Shown here: positions 13,985 through 28,933 of the stretch, piece after piece
Layout: the number at the start of each line of letters is the position of its first letter
Position numbering within the stretch: the stretch's first letter is position 1
Program-made: the position numbers and the translations under genes
Assembly (NCBI GenBank): GCA_964016885.1
Contig: OZ024740.1
Coordinates: 324,694,001-324,758,000, forward strand
DNA length: 64,000 nt
Direction: 5' to 3'
Origin: Eledone cirrhosa
Taxonomy: Eukaryota
The notes under the pieces: model-generated
What the model was told of the DNA's origin: nothing
The model's database searches: none
The model's input: only the letters and a program-made list of their open reading frames with translations

Positions 13985-14780
13985 TACACAGTAAGCATTA
14001 TAAACATAAGGGTTATATATTTTGTGTGACTGGACAACGAATGTTATATATAATAGAGTAAGCATTATAAACACGGTTATTCCATTACATGTGGTGCTGG
14101 AGAACTAATGTTATATATAATAGAGTAAGTATTATAAACATGGCTATTCCATAGCATATGTTGCTGGACAGACAATGTTATATAAATATAGTAAACAGTA
14201 AGCATTATCAACATAGGGATTACAATATATGTGGTGCTGGGCAAACAATATTATATATTTATATTAATTAAGGCGGTGGATTGGCAGTATCGGTAGAGGG
14301 TCGGACGCCATGCTTTGCAGTAAAGAGTTACGGCCCTTTATGGTCTGAGTTCAAATCCCGCCGAGGGTAACTTTGCCTTTCATCCTTACGGGGTCGATAA
14401 AATAAAGTACCAGTAATGTACTGGGTATTTGCTGGCCGCCTTGTGCCAAAAGTAGAAACAATTATATATAATTGTTTTTACTTTTGGCACAAGGCCAGCA
14501 ATTATTCCAGTACATTACTGGTACTTTATTTTATCGACCCCGTAAGGATGAAAGGCAAAGTTAACCTCGGCGGGATTTGAACTCAGACCATAAAGGGCCG
14601 TAACTCTTTGCTGCAAAGGATGGCGTCCGACCTTCATCCGATACTGCCAATCATAATGGAAACATTAACACATGGATTCCATTACATGTGGTGCTGTACA
14701 AACAATGTCATATGTAATGCAGTAAACATTAAAAACATAAGGTGTTACAATACATGTGGGATTGGATAGACAAGGAATTA
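13985..14780. repeat. Degenerate 60-70-bp minisatellite interrupted by an inverted SINE pair
   Basis: Recurrent agtaagcattataaaca...catgtggtgctggaca...atgttatata on both sides of 14270-14655. Confidence 0.7.
14270..14655. mobile_element. Tail-to-tail inverted pair of main-family tRNA-SINEs
   Basis: Plus copy 14270-14460 (A box tggcagtatcgg, B box gagttcaaatccc) and minus copy 14470-14655 meet at aattatatataatt. Confidence 0.9.
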
Positions 14781-14953
14781 TAATGAAACTACGAGCAAAA
14801 GTCAGTTTAATTTGATAAAACATGAAATAAATATAAACAAAATAGTATAAAACACAAATATTTCAAAAACATTCAAATTTACCGTCACACATACACAGGT
14901 AGGAACATTCAAGTTAAATCTAGTCAGAACACCTTATATTAATAATTGCTTAC

Positions 14954-15175
14954 CATGGTCCACGGGATCTCCAAAATCCTCCGTAAGCATTTCTTCGGTG
15001 ACTTCATTAACAAAAGTACACAAAACATCTGGGAAGAAGTAATTTATCTCTTTGATTATTTCTGTTGTTACTATATACGAGTGTCGGCTGAAGCTTTCAT
15101 AGGCTGAACATTTCATATTTTGACCAAGATACTCTCTTGGAATGATCAAATGAGGTTCATTTTTCACTACATACC
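14954..15175 (-). CDS. Internal coding exon (222 nt, phase 1-1) of an unknown, possibly extracellular protein
   Basis: Strong acceptor tgtttctttccag and donor G/gtaagc; fully open frame YVVKNEPHLIIPREYLGQNMKCSAYESF...DFGDPVDH. Confidence 0.6.
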
Positions 15176-15619
15176 CTGGAAAGAAACAATGAAGTTATTA
15201 ATAAGAAAAGTTTAAATTAACGCATGCAAGATTTCACTGCTCTAACATCACCCCTTCTTATACAGCCTCTTAACTTTTCAACCCACCCTCGTATATAATA
15301 TTGATAATAACTGTTTCTACTGTTGGCACAAAGCCAGCAATTGTTCCAATGCATTACTGGTACTTATATATAATATTGATAATGATTTTAATTTTGGTAT
15401 AATTCAGAAGTAAGGAAAAGACGATTATATCGACTTCGGTAAAAACTGGTACTTTATTTTATCAACCTCGGGTGAAAGGATGAAAGACAATGTTGATATC
15501 AACTGGATATGAGTCCGAAATATAGAGACCGAACAAATATTGCAGAGTATTTTGTTCGACGCTTTATTGGTCCTGCTAAACCAGCGCCATTCAGCAATTT
15601 AAACAACTGGAGCACCCTC

Positions 15620-16400
15620 ACCACCACCACCACTAGCACCACCAGAAAACCAAGGCCAAGAGTCAAACCCTATTGCCAAGGACACCCATGTTGTTCATTC
15701 AAACGAGGATTTTGTGCAGGTTCTTGACACGAGACGCTGTAGCCTTAACTTGCTGCCTGTTAGTGCAAAAGAAGAAAGGGACATGCTGGACGGGTAAATA
15801 GTCCAGATATTCAATGTGCTCATGGGAAAGAGCACCATAGAACACAAATTAGCCACATCCGGAGATACTGTTTACACAATCTTCAAAGAAGCTTATGAAA
15901 TAATACAACCAAAAACGAAAACACCGCCTCGGAAATCCAGACATCAACAAGAGGTGGATAATAACAGGAGAAAAAAAAGGACTTCAAGAAACAGATGAAG
16001 GCTGTCGTAGCCTTTGAAAAGCAAGGGTTAGAAGATCTCTGGAGATAGCTCAAAGCAAGACACAGTGCCTTCAGCGAAGCAGAAGCTGCAAGGAAAGAAA
16101 CAAGCAGAAGGAAAAATACATGAGATTGCTTCTTCAGAGACTCCTTCCATTTCGCCAAGAAACTGGCCAACAGCCTGAAGGAAGCCAACCTCTGGCTGAA
16201 GGTTCTCGTCATAGAAGTTGAAGCTTTGTTGGCGAATCTGCTTACAAGGTCATGAAACAGCTTTCAGTCTCTTACAAGACCACGATCAAAGCCCTAAAGG
16301 CAATATCAGAGGCAGCGAAAAGGACTTCCAGCTGGATCTGGTCCAGGAAGAATAAAAGCCACTAACATACCGTTTGAGGGCACGTGTTTTATTTTAGCGC
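15620..16400 (+). mobile_element. Decayed, internally deleted HERO/NeSL-like RLE non-LTR retrotransposon remnant
   Basis: Broken frames give LKARHSAFSEAE, FFRDSFHFAKKL and C-terminal ISEAAKRTSSWIWSR. Confidence 0.55.
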
Positions 16401-16835
16401 ACAAGGGAAGCAACTCTGAGTGAGTCATAAATGTAGTGTTGGCGACGACAGTGACTCTGTTGACGTCTCACCGCTGCCATGACTACCAACGTTATTTTTC
16501 CAAACTCAAGAAAGCGTTTAAATATAAGTTTGAAAGCAGAAGCGACGGAACGGAGTTCCAGCTAGACCTTGTCAACAAATCTCCATACGGTTTAAATACA
16601 CCAAAGTCTTCGAAAGCCGAATGGTTAAATGTCAACAGAAGAGCACTCAGGAGCCATGGCCTGGACGCGGCCTGACCCCCTTAGAATGTAAGAAATTAAG
16701 GGACGAAACACTTCCTTGAGGCGGGGGAATTCTTCTCTGAAGACCTGCTGTTAATGAACACACACACCTACAAACACACACACACACTTACAAACACACA
16801 CACATGCACACACGAACACACACACATGCACACGC

Positions 16836-16917
<82 letters not shown>

Positions 16918-17036
16918 CCGAAACCTAAAGACACTTTTGCTATATCAAGCGTTAAACTTTCATTTTACTGTGTTGTTTGCTTTGCTGATACCATTTACTC
17001 TTTACATTCATACATACATACACACGCACACGCACT

Positions 17037-17109
<73 letters not shown>

Positions 17110-17246
17110 GTATATATATATATATATATATCATAGAACACTGATGGGTTATATCTGTAGTAGTAGAGCACTCAGTCCACGGGACGAGTTTGGTAGAAGT
17201 AGTTCCAGAACAGTTAGTTCACCATACCGAGAACAATTGTTTCTTG

Positions 17247-17277
<31 letters not shown>

Positions 17278-18090
17278 TGGTTTCTATAATACACATTTAT
17301 GTCCCTTAATTAAACCGCACAACAACAATGGGATCGATAAATTAAGTACCAGACATGAAAAATTAAGTAATATGATCATTTAAATCAGAGCGGTGCTCCA
17401 GTGTGGCCGCGTACTATTTTTTTTTTGTTTTGTTTCCCACTTTTTTCATCTCTGTCTCATCTTTCCCACTTACTGTCTACTTCTTATTTTCCCTCTTTTT
17501 CCCCTCATTAGAATAGCTGCATGTTGTCAATATAATTACCGCAGTGATTACGTCAGTTCACGAGAATTATTTCCAGACGCCCTTGGTTTAGTTATTGTAG
17601 TTTGTATATTTTTGTTTCCTTTGTAATCTTTGTTTTAATTTCTGTTTTAATTGTTTCTACTGCGTTACATTAAATTAGATTATATTAGGAAAAAAATCAC
17701 ATTCCAGAATTCCACATTATTACATCCTCGTGAAATCTCATCTTTATTTATCGTTCCAATATTACTGTGTGTGTGTCTGTGTGTGTGTGTGTGTTTGAGT
17801 GTGTGTGTGTGTGTATGTGTGTCTGTGTGTGTGTGTGTGTGTATGCGTCTTATGTTAGTGTTGGTTCACCATCTTGAGCAGTCATTGCGTAAGTGGGTCC
17901 CTTTAAGTCTATTACCTCGTGTTACACATTTGGTGTTAAACTGTGGTCGGTTTCCTTCATATGCAGAGTATAAAATTAACCACAAGTAGGAACGAGGTGT
18001 CAGAGTATAATACTTAAGTTTATTCAGGTGTGACGCACGTTTCGCTATTGACCAGCTCAAGGTTCGATCTGTAGCGATCTGACTCGACTT

Positions 18091-18177
<87 letters not shown>

Positions 18178-18179
<2 letters not shown>

Positions 18180-19245
18180 ATAATAATAAATTCGAAGACT
18201 AAAATCCAAAGAGGGCTCGATAAGGATAAATATATATCAAATATATAAGAACCGTAGAGCAAATATATATTAAAATAACAGATTAAAGTTTAAGCAAAGA
18301 ATCGCTGCTTTCACCCTTAGCGGGATCTTCTGAAACTAACAAAGTCAATCTGTAAACGCAGAACTGGATATTTCAAAAAACGTTGCAACCGGAGGAAGAC
18401 AGGTAGACGATACTTTGGTTCGTGGTAACGTTCGCTGGCAAAGAACGGGAAAAAACGAATAATACGTCCTTAATAGGAGCGGTGAAAAACAATTACGCGC
18501 AAAGACAGAACCACGTTTATGGTATAAAAGAGGTCGTAGACTAATGTTCTCTTAGGTGGTGCATAGAGACGTTCTCTGGCAATGAACGAAAAAACGAAGA
18601 TAATACGTCATATGTGGAGCATGGAGAACAATAGCACGCCAAGACAAAACCACGTAAATGGTATAGCAGAAGTCGTAGACTAAAATTCTAACTAGTAGAC
18701 CAAATGAATCTCCGCTACAGAGTTAAGAACAAAGTAAATAAATACAATACAGAAGTAATAGAAATAAATAAATACATACACGCAAACAAATACGTACATA
18801 CAAAAGCATACGCAAAACCTTACCATAGGTATACAAAACCACGCACATATAAATATGTGTGTGTGTGTATGTGTGTATAAAAATAAATAAATAATTATAT
18901 AAACGTATAAGAATAAATAAATACGTATATAACAAGCGCACACACATACCTACATATAAATACACGAATGTTCGGAGACGTAAGTCAACTAAAACAAGAA
19001 GTACACATATACACACACCCACCATACGTACGAACCTGCATACTCACACAGACGCAAAACTCCCGTATACACATAGCCAAACCCTATGTACCAGGAATAT
19101 AAAATTATACGCCATAACAATCAAATATACGTACGGGAAGGTATACGTACCTTCACAAAACATACGGGTAATTTTGTTTATTCCTTTACTTATTTGCATA
19201 GGTAAGTATATATTACCCGTATGTTTTGAGAAGGTACGTTATATA
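18178..19245 (-). mobile_element. Non-coding 3' fragment and pseudo-LTR of the PLE family at 49150-51310, with a short fold-back at 19145-19240
   Basis: Reverse complement of about 50310-51310; bounded by (TA)n. Confidence 0.9.
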
Positions 19246-19489
19246 TATATAAGTGGGCAAAGAAGAAGAAGAAGAAGAAGAAGAAAGAAAAAGAAAAAGA
19301 AAAAGTATATATGTATATATGTATATATATATATGTATATATATGTATATATATGTATATATATGTATATATGTATATATACATGTATATATACATGTAT
19401 ATATATACATCTATACATATCTATATATATACACATATATGTATATATACATATATATGTATATATATGTATATATGTATATATATATG

Positions 19490-19595
<106 letters not shown>

Positions 19596-19815
19596 TATGT
19601 ATATATACATATATATGTATATGTATATATGTATATATATACATATGTATATATGTATATATACATATAAACGTATATATATACATATGTATATATGTAT
19701 ATATATACATATATATACATATATACATATGTATATATGGATATATATACATATATACATATACATATATGCATATATACATATATATACATATATACAT
19801 ATATACATATATATA

Positions 19816-20911
19816 GCGGCGATGAATTAGTTTTGCGAGGTTTTTTATATGAAATCGTGTGTCGAAACAGATATTGTTATATTTGGGGAGGGTCATATTT
19901 GCGTAATATTGCCAGAATTAATAACAGAACACACTCACTGTTTGGTTGGTTTTCGCTTCTCGCTGTCTTTTATATATATATATCTGCGATCAAACTTACT
20001 CGGTCCTCAATGTTGCCATTGACTGAGCGGCGGTCAAAAATAATACAGATACAATATAGACACAAACACATATATATAGTTTACATAATTTACATAAATC
20101 TTTCGTTGCACATCTGCAACATCGTCAGTGGTGTTATATTCATTGTTCCTCCTGTTGTGTTGTATGTCTACGCCATTTTTTTTTTTTTGTTCAGTCTGTC
20201 TATATATTTATTTATTTATTTGCTTGTTTGTTTATCTTATTTTATTTTGTCTTCTTTGCGCATGCGTTTGCGTGTGTGTATAGTGTTATGTGTGATGTGT
20301 GACTAGTGTGTATAGTGTTGTGTCTGCTGGGTGACTAGTGTGTGTTTATGTGCTTGTGTATGTATTTATTTATCTTATTTTATTTAATTTTATTTACTTA
20401 TTTATACTTCTCTTAGGTCAGTGTTGTTTGTTTGGGTGTTGTTGTTGTTCCACTCATTCTTTCTGTTTAGCTTTGGTCTTCTAATTTCTATTTCACTGGC
20501 CTCTCTGATTTGCCTATCTGCTGGGTCATTCCTATGTTTAGATATTATTCTAATTTCTATGTTGTCTATGTTACCGTCGTGTTGTTGTCTAGCATGTTCG
20601 TATAGTACTGACCCGTTTTTTCGTCCTTTTAGTTCCCCCCAGTGTTGGTCTATCCTTTCACCTATGCAGATGTGCAACGAAAGATTTATGTAAATTATCT
20701 AAACTATATATATGTGTTTGTGTCTATATTGTATCTGTATTATTTTTGACCGCCGGTCAGTCAATGGCAACATTGAGGACCGAGTAAGTTTGATCGCAGA
20801 TATATATATATAAAAGACAGCGAGAAGCGAAAACCAACCAAACAGTGAGTGTGTTCTGTTATTAATTCTGGCAATATTACGCAAATATGACCCTCCCCAA
20901 ATATAACAATA
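19816..20911 (-). mobile_element. 5'-truncated Penelope-like element with inverted pseudo-LTR (GIY-YIG C-terminal remnant)
   Basis: ORF 20402-20677 reads IGERIDQHW...SVLYEH...RQIREASEIEIRRPKLNRKNEWN; arms 19872-20118 and 20665-20911. Confidence 0.85.
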
Positions 20912-20939
20912 CATATATATATATTTACATATATACATT

Positions 20940-21340
20940 TTCTTTTTCTTTTTCTTTTTCTTTTTCTTTTTCTTTTTCTTTTTCATTTTCTTTTTCTTTT
21001 TCTTTTCCTTTTTTTCTTTTTTTTCTTTTTTCTTTTTCTGTTTATTTTTATTTTTATTTTTATTTTTATTTTTATTTTTATTTTTATTTTTATTTTTATT
21101 TTTATTTTTATTTTTATTTTTATTTTTATTTTTATTTTTATTTTTATTTTTATTTTTATTTTTATTTTTATTTTTATTTTTATTTTTATTTTTATTTTTA
21201 TTTTTATTTTTATTTTTTTTATTTTTATTTTATTTTATTTTTTTTATTTTTTATTTTTCTGTTTATTTTTCTGTTTATTTTTATTTTTATTTTTATTTTT
21301 ATTTTTATTTTTATTTTTATTTTTATTTTTATTTTTATTT
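20940..21340. repeat. (TTTTTC)n/(TTTTTA)n hexamer microsatellite
   Basis: Seen directly. Confidence 0.95.
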
Positions 21341-21344
21341 TTCT

Positions 21345-21424
<80 letters not shown>

Positions 21425-21428
<4 letters not shown>

Positions 21429-21584
21429 ATAAGAATAAACGTTCTGCGTGGTTGCAAATGGGTTACATATGAATAAAGTTAGTCCTTCATCAGTGATCTT
21501 CCAACCATCATTGGTATTTCATCGCTTTAAAGACCATGAAATACCAATGATGGTTGGAAGATCACTGATGAAGGACTAACTTTA

Positions 21585-21592
<8 letters not shown>
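21425..21592. mobile_element. Short fold-back fragment containing CTGATGAAGG, homologous to 8-77
   Basis: About 21467-21522 is inverted against 21536-21592; similar to the window start. Confidence 0.65.
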
Positions 21593-21628
<36 letters not shown>

Positions 21629-21631
<3 letters not shown>

Positions 21632-21947
21632 ATAATAATAAATTTGAAGACTAAAATCCAAAGAGCGTTCGATAACGATAAATATATATCAAATATGTAA
21701 AAACAGTAGAGCAAAAATTTATTAAAATAACAGATTAAAGTTTAAGCAAAGAATCGCTGCTTTCACCCTTAACGGGATCTTCTGAAACTAATAAAGTCAA
21801 TCTGTAAACGCAGAAGTGGATATTTCAAAAAACGTTGCAACCGGAGGAAGACAGGAAGACGATACTTTGGTTCGTGGTTTGTTAGTTTCAGAAGATCCCG
21901 TTAAGAGTGAAAGCAGCGATACTTTGCTTAAACTTTAATCTGTTATT

Positions 21948-21950
<3 letters not shown>
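21629..21950. mobile_element. Fold-back pseudo-LTR fragment of the 49150-51310 PLE family
   Basis: About 21724-21795 is inverted against 21878-21950; flanked by (TA)n. Confidence 0.85.
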
Positions 21951-22032
<82 letters not shown>

Positions 22033-22231
22033 GTATATATATATATATGTATATATATATATGTATATATATATATATGTATATATATATATGTATATAT
22101 ATATATGTATATATATATATGTATATATATATATGTATATACATATATGTATATACATATATGTATATACATATATGTATATATATATATGTATATATAT
22201 ATATGTATATATATATATGTATATATATATG

Positions 22232-23385
<1,154 letters not shown>

Positions 23386-23399
23386 ATATATATATATTA

Positions 23400-23618
23400 T
23401 GGAACGATCGACTTTCGTCAAATCGGACCGAGGGAACAATGTTTCCGTTGGTCTTTCCAATTGCTAATACTATCTATCTGTCGCAACTCCAGGTAAAAGG
23501 GGCAACGTGAAATAAAGCGTCTTGCTCAAGGACATAACGCATCACCTGGTCCAGGAATCGAACTTACAACCTTACCATTGCGAATTCAATTCTCTAACCA
23601 CTCAGCCACACGCCTTCA
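23400..23618 (-). mobile_element. tRNA-headed SINE with a hairpin-rich tail (second copy at 51523-51732)
   Basis: Minus strand tgaaggcgtgtggctgagtggttag...gttcgattcc...ccttgagcaagac; tail shared by both copies. Confidence 0.7.
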
Positions 23619-23657
23619 CATATATATATATATATGTATATATATACATATATATAC

Positions 23658-23740
<83 letters not shown>

Positions 23741-23750
23741 TGTATGTATG

Positions 23751-23800
<50 letters not shown>

Positions 23801-23807
23801 CATACAT

Positions 23808-23964
<157 letters not shown>

Positions 23965-24002
23965 CATACATACATACATACATACATACACACAAGTTAT
24001 TA

Positions 24003-24138
24003 TATATTGGTAAACGGAATAGAAAATGCTGACAAATTGTTCACAGTTGAAAAATGGTTTAATTAGGAATCTAATTAAACCATTTTTCAACTGATTTTTC
24101 AACTGTGAACAATTTGTCAGCATTTTCTATTCCGTTTA

Positions 24139-24146
<8 letters not shown>
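24003..24146. repeat. Palindrome of a pseudo-LTR tip related to 51340-51470
   Basis: attggtaaacggaatagaaaatgctgaca... inverted about ggaat; 12-bp duplication in the right arm. Confidence 0.8.
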
Positions 24147-24234
<88 letters not shown>

Positions 24235-24819
24235 CTATCAATCAGTATATATCTATAAACAATCACTTCTTACAAATGACTAGAAATCTGGTAACCAAGC
24301 TATTGATTGGTATCGAACCCTTAAACTGTTGTTTATGAAGAAAAAGGCACAAGTTTTTAGAACCCAGAGAACACATAATCACTTCTCACAACACCACAAC
24401 TATGACACCCCATCAACTTCAATCTGATTTTACTACGTTTGCCTAATATACTAAAAAACACAAAATGATATATTTTTGGAAAAGAGCTTGGGGAAAGGAA
24501 AACAAAAAATATTGGCGTTCATGCATTTCCAAAGAACATTAGACGTGGAATTGTTGACGAAGTATGGCCGAATGGCAAATAAGTTCTCTTTGCAATCACT
24601 ATATCCCGACCTCGATCTTACTGTGTCGAGTTTTGGACAAGTGTCATTTAACATAGCCTCGAGTGAACCTAAGTTTGTGAGAGAAATTATGTCACATGTA
24701 GTGTTTGAAAGCCCGCCGGATTCGGTGTTTATGTAATTTGAAGAGCCAACCTTGTCACATACGGTCTTATGAATCTCCCTGAGAAATACACGTGTCTATA
24801 GAAGACTTTAATATAATTG

Positions 24820-25170
24820 GTTCTATTTTAGGCACAAGGCCAGCAATTACCCAGTACATTACTGGTACTTTATTTTATCGACCACGTAAGGATGAAAGGC
24901 AAAGTTAACCTCGGCGGGATTTGAACTAGATTTGAAATAGAAGACTTTAATATAATGGTTTCTTATTTAGGCACAAGGCCAGCAATTTTGGGGTGAGGGG
25001 AAAGTCGATTAAATCGACCCCTATATCTTACTGGTACATTATTTTATCGACCTCGTAAGGATGAAAGGCAAAGTTAACCTCGGCGGGATTTGAACTCAGA
25101 TCATAAAGGGTCGTAACTCTATGCTGCAAAGTATGGCGTCCAACGCTCTACCGATTCTGACAATCCACCG
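24820..25170 (-). mobile_element. Two main-family SINE copies
   Basis: Same consensus as 7515-8135. Confidence 0.85.
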
Positions 25171-25331
25171 ATGTATTGTACATGCAATTCAGAAGGTCCA
25201 GCTGTGTCAATCATTGTATTACGCTGAATTTCCCTGAGAACTACGATAAGTGCACATAGGTCTGTGTAATACACAGCCATAAATATAATATCATAAGATT
25301 TACTGTACATGTAATTCAAGAGGGCAGGGCT

Positions 25332-25419
<88 letters not shown>

Positions 25420-25902
25420 ACACAAACACACACACACACACACACACATACACATACACTACACACACACACACATACATACACATAAAGACACACAAAC
25501 GTACACACACACACACACGCGCACACACACATACTGTGTCACGTTGCATTCCCATCACAATTACACTGAAGGTAGACATGTCTATATAATGCTTAGCCCC
25601 TTACATGTAATTTCATGAGCAGTCTATTCCATGCTAGGGGTGTAACTGAAAAGTCCAATGCCATCGGGTATTTGTCTAGGGGTTGATAAGACACCCCGGG
25701 TTTTTCGTTGTCATTTGCCTGACACTGGTCAGTTATTCAGTCTTCAGATGTTTATCTAAAGGCTCCACCATCCCATGATACAGTATCCGGTGTCGTATAT
25801 TGTCACTTTGTTTGTTTTATTTAGTTGTTATCTTAACGATGTGAGAGCTGGCAGTATATTTACGTTGACTTTAACAATTATATACATACATTCATATAGA
25901 GA

Positions 25903-25999
<97 letters not shown>

Positions 26000-26001
<2 letters not shown>

Positions 26002-26099
26002 TGTTTGATTTATATTTTTTACACGACTGTATGTAAAATCCCCGGCATGTCTTTGTATTGTCCCCTTTTCTTGTGCGCCCTTGTGGCAAATACAGAAAT
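26000..26099 (+). mobile_element. 3'-terminal fragment of a Tx1-like LINE embedded in (TCTA)n
   Basis: tgtcccc...ttgtgcgcccttgtggcaaatacagaaat resembles 44055-44095. Confidence 0.6.
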
Positions 26100-26140
26100 C
26101 TATCTATCTCTAACCATGTGTCTATCTAAAGATAGCTCTT

Positions 26141-26265
<125 letters not shown>

Positions 26266-26415
26266 TAAACACACACATACATATATATATACACATACAT
26301 GTACACAAATACATACATGTATACATACATACATGCATACATACACATACATACAGAGATACGTACATATACAAACATGCATACCAACACACATATGTAC
26401 ATACATACATGCGTA

Positions 26416-26830
26416 CATGGTGGCTGCCAACTCGTTTTCGAGTACGGCCACTACTTTATATCCATGTAGGAGAACCCCTACCGATGCGCTGAACGAGTGT
26501 GACTTTTTAGTCCAGCCAGCAACTTGAAAACTCTGGTACAAACACTACACTTGTGACAATTATTGACACATAGTGCTGGGCCCTTGGTACCATGTAACAA
26601 CAAGAGCAAAGAGATCTCCAGATATAAAGCAATGCCTGTGCCGTGAAGCTTTTATAGTGAGCAAAGGCACTGCACAAGCCAGTCCCACTCTCTTAACCAA
26701 GATGATATTTACCAAAAAGAAGAACAAGTCAACATCATTGGATAGCATCAGGATTGCAGGTGTTATATCAGAGTTTTTCTTCTTCTAGAATTCTGCCTTG
26801 ACAAATGCTAAGGGGTCATCTCTCCCGGAA
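26416..26830 (-). mobile_element. Bipartite non-autonomous RTE-derived element; further minus copies at 27186-27389, 29107-29635 and 31389-31797
   Basis: RTE-like 5' motif ctaggagaaggaaaactctga joined to C-terminal [22 protein letters not shown] and a (TATG)n tail. Confidence 0.75.
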
Positions 26831-27589
26831 GATATATATATATATACATATATATATCCACACACATATACATACATATACATATACATATATATATATA
26901 TACATCTATATATACATACATATATATTTATACACATATATATATACATATATATATATGCATATATATATATACATATATATATATATACAAACATATA
27001 CATATATACATACATATATACATATATATACATATATATATATATACATATATATACATACATATACATATATATATACATATACATATACACACATACA
27101 TACATACACATATACATATATATACATATATATATATACATATATATATATACATATATATATATACATATATATATACATACATATGGTGGCTGCCAAC
27201 TCGTTATCGAGTACGCCCACTACTTTATATCCATGTAGGATAACCCCTACGTATGCGCTGAACGAGTGTGACTTTTTAGTCCAGCCAGCGTCTTGAAAAC
27301 TCTGGTACAAACACTACACTTGTGACAATTATTGACACATAGTGCTGGGCCCATGGTACCATGTGACGACAAGTGCAGAGAGGTCTCCACATATACACAT
27401 ATATATACACACATATACATACATATATACACATATATACATATATATATACACACACATATACACACACACATATATATATATATACATAATACACATA
27501 TATATATACATATACATATACATATATACATACATATACATACATATATACATATACATATACATACATATACATACATATATATATAC

Positions 27590-27664
<75 letters not shown>

Positions 27665-27807
27665 CATATATACATATACATATATATCTATAGATATATA
27701 TATATACATATATACATATACATATATACATATACATATATACATATACATATATACATATATATATATACATATATATATACATATAGATATATATATA
27801 TATACAT

Positions 27808-27870
<63 letters not shown>

Positions 27871-27953
27871 CATATATACATATATACATATACACACATA
27901 CATATACATATATATATATATACATATACATATATACATATACATATATATAC

Positions 27954-27988
<35 letters not shown>

Positions 27989-28149
27989 CATATACATACA
28001 TATATATATACATATATACATATATACACATACATATACCTACACATACATACATATACATACACATACATATATACATATATATATACATACATATACA
28101 TACTTACATATATACATATACATACATATATATATATTTATATATATAC

Positions 28150-28770
28150 ACGGAAAAAATGAAACGATATTTCATTTCCCACTCTTAGTACGGCTGTTAC
28201 TTAAATATAAGTATGTACACGTACATACACATATGTATACCGACGTACAGTAGTATGTATATATATATATACATACATGCACACATATATATATGCACGT
28301 ATGGATTCACCGAACATTTATTATAATGCTCGGTGTGTTTGTAAACAAACATCCCGTATTAAGCCGTAGTGTCTAGCAACCACCGATGCTCGTTTGTTCA
28401 ACACTGACAAAGCAACGCTGTACTAGTTTCAAGCTTGTTAGCTATCGTCAGCAACGTATACCTTCCTGCCAGATTGTTGAACGTATATACTTACCTTATG
28501 CATATTAACGGCTGAGTAGCCCAATTTGCATATCGAGTGGGTTAATCGGCCGGGTGCACCGAAAACGATAAACGGAAAAAATGAAACGATATTTCATTTC
28601 CCACTCTTAGTACGGCTGTTACTTAAATATAAGTATGTACACACCGAGCATTATAATAAATGTTCGGTGAATCCATACGTGCATATATATATGTGTGCAT
28701 GTATGTATATATATATATACATACTACTGTACGTCGGTATACATATATGTATGTACGTGTACATACTTAT
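28150..28770. mobile_element. Rearranged non-coding element with direct and inverted segments around a hammerhead
   Basis: 28150-28220 equals 28571-28641 (direct); about 28208-28336 is inverted against 28640-28770. Confidence 0.7.
28416..28456 (-). ncRNA. Minimal type-I hammerhead ribozyme (41 nt)
   Basis: cgttg-CTGACGA-tagc-taacaa-gctt-GAAA-ctag-TA-cagcg; GUA triplet; palindromic stem III. Confidence 0.85.
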
Positions 28771-28902
28771 ATATATATATACATATACACATATATATAC
28801 ATACATATACATATACATATATATACATATATATAAATACACATATATATACATACATATACATACACACACATATACATATATATATATACATATACAT
28901 AC

Positions 28903-28933
<31 letters not shown>

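Noticed and set aside
14270-14360. tRNA gene
   Set aside because: The A/B boxes belong to SINE heads; no cloverleaf or terminator
21425-21592. CTGATGAAGG as a complete hammerhead (also 1-77)
   Set aside because: No correctly placed GAAA, stem III or NUH could be folded
24451-24790. Open frame after an acceptor-like ttctcag, rich in N-glycosylation sequons
   Set aside because: Sequence matches the SINE motif ctcaggga.attca...tgacaagg.tggc seen elsewhere in the window, plus an opposing SINE head
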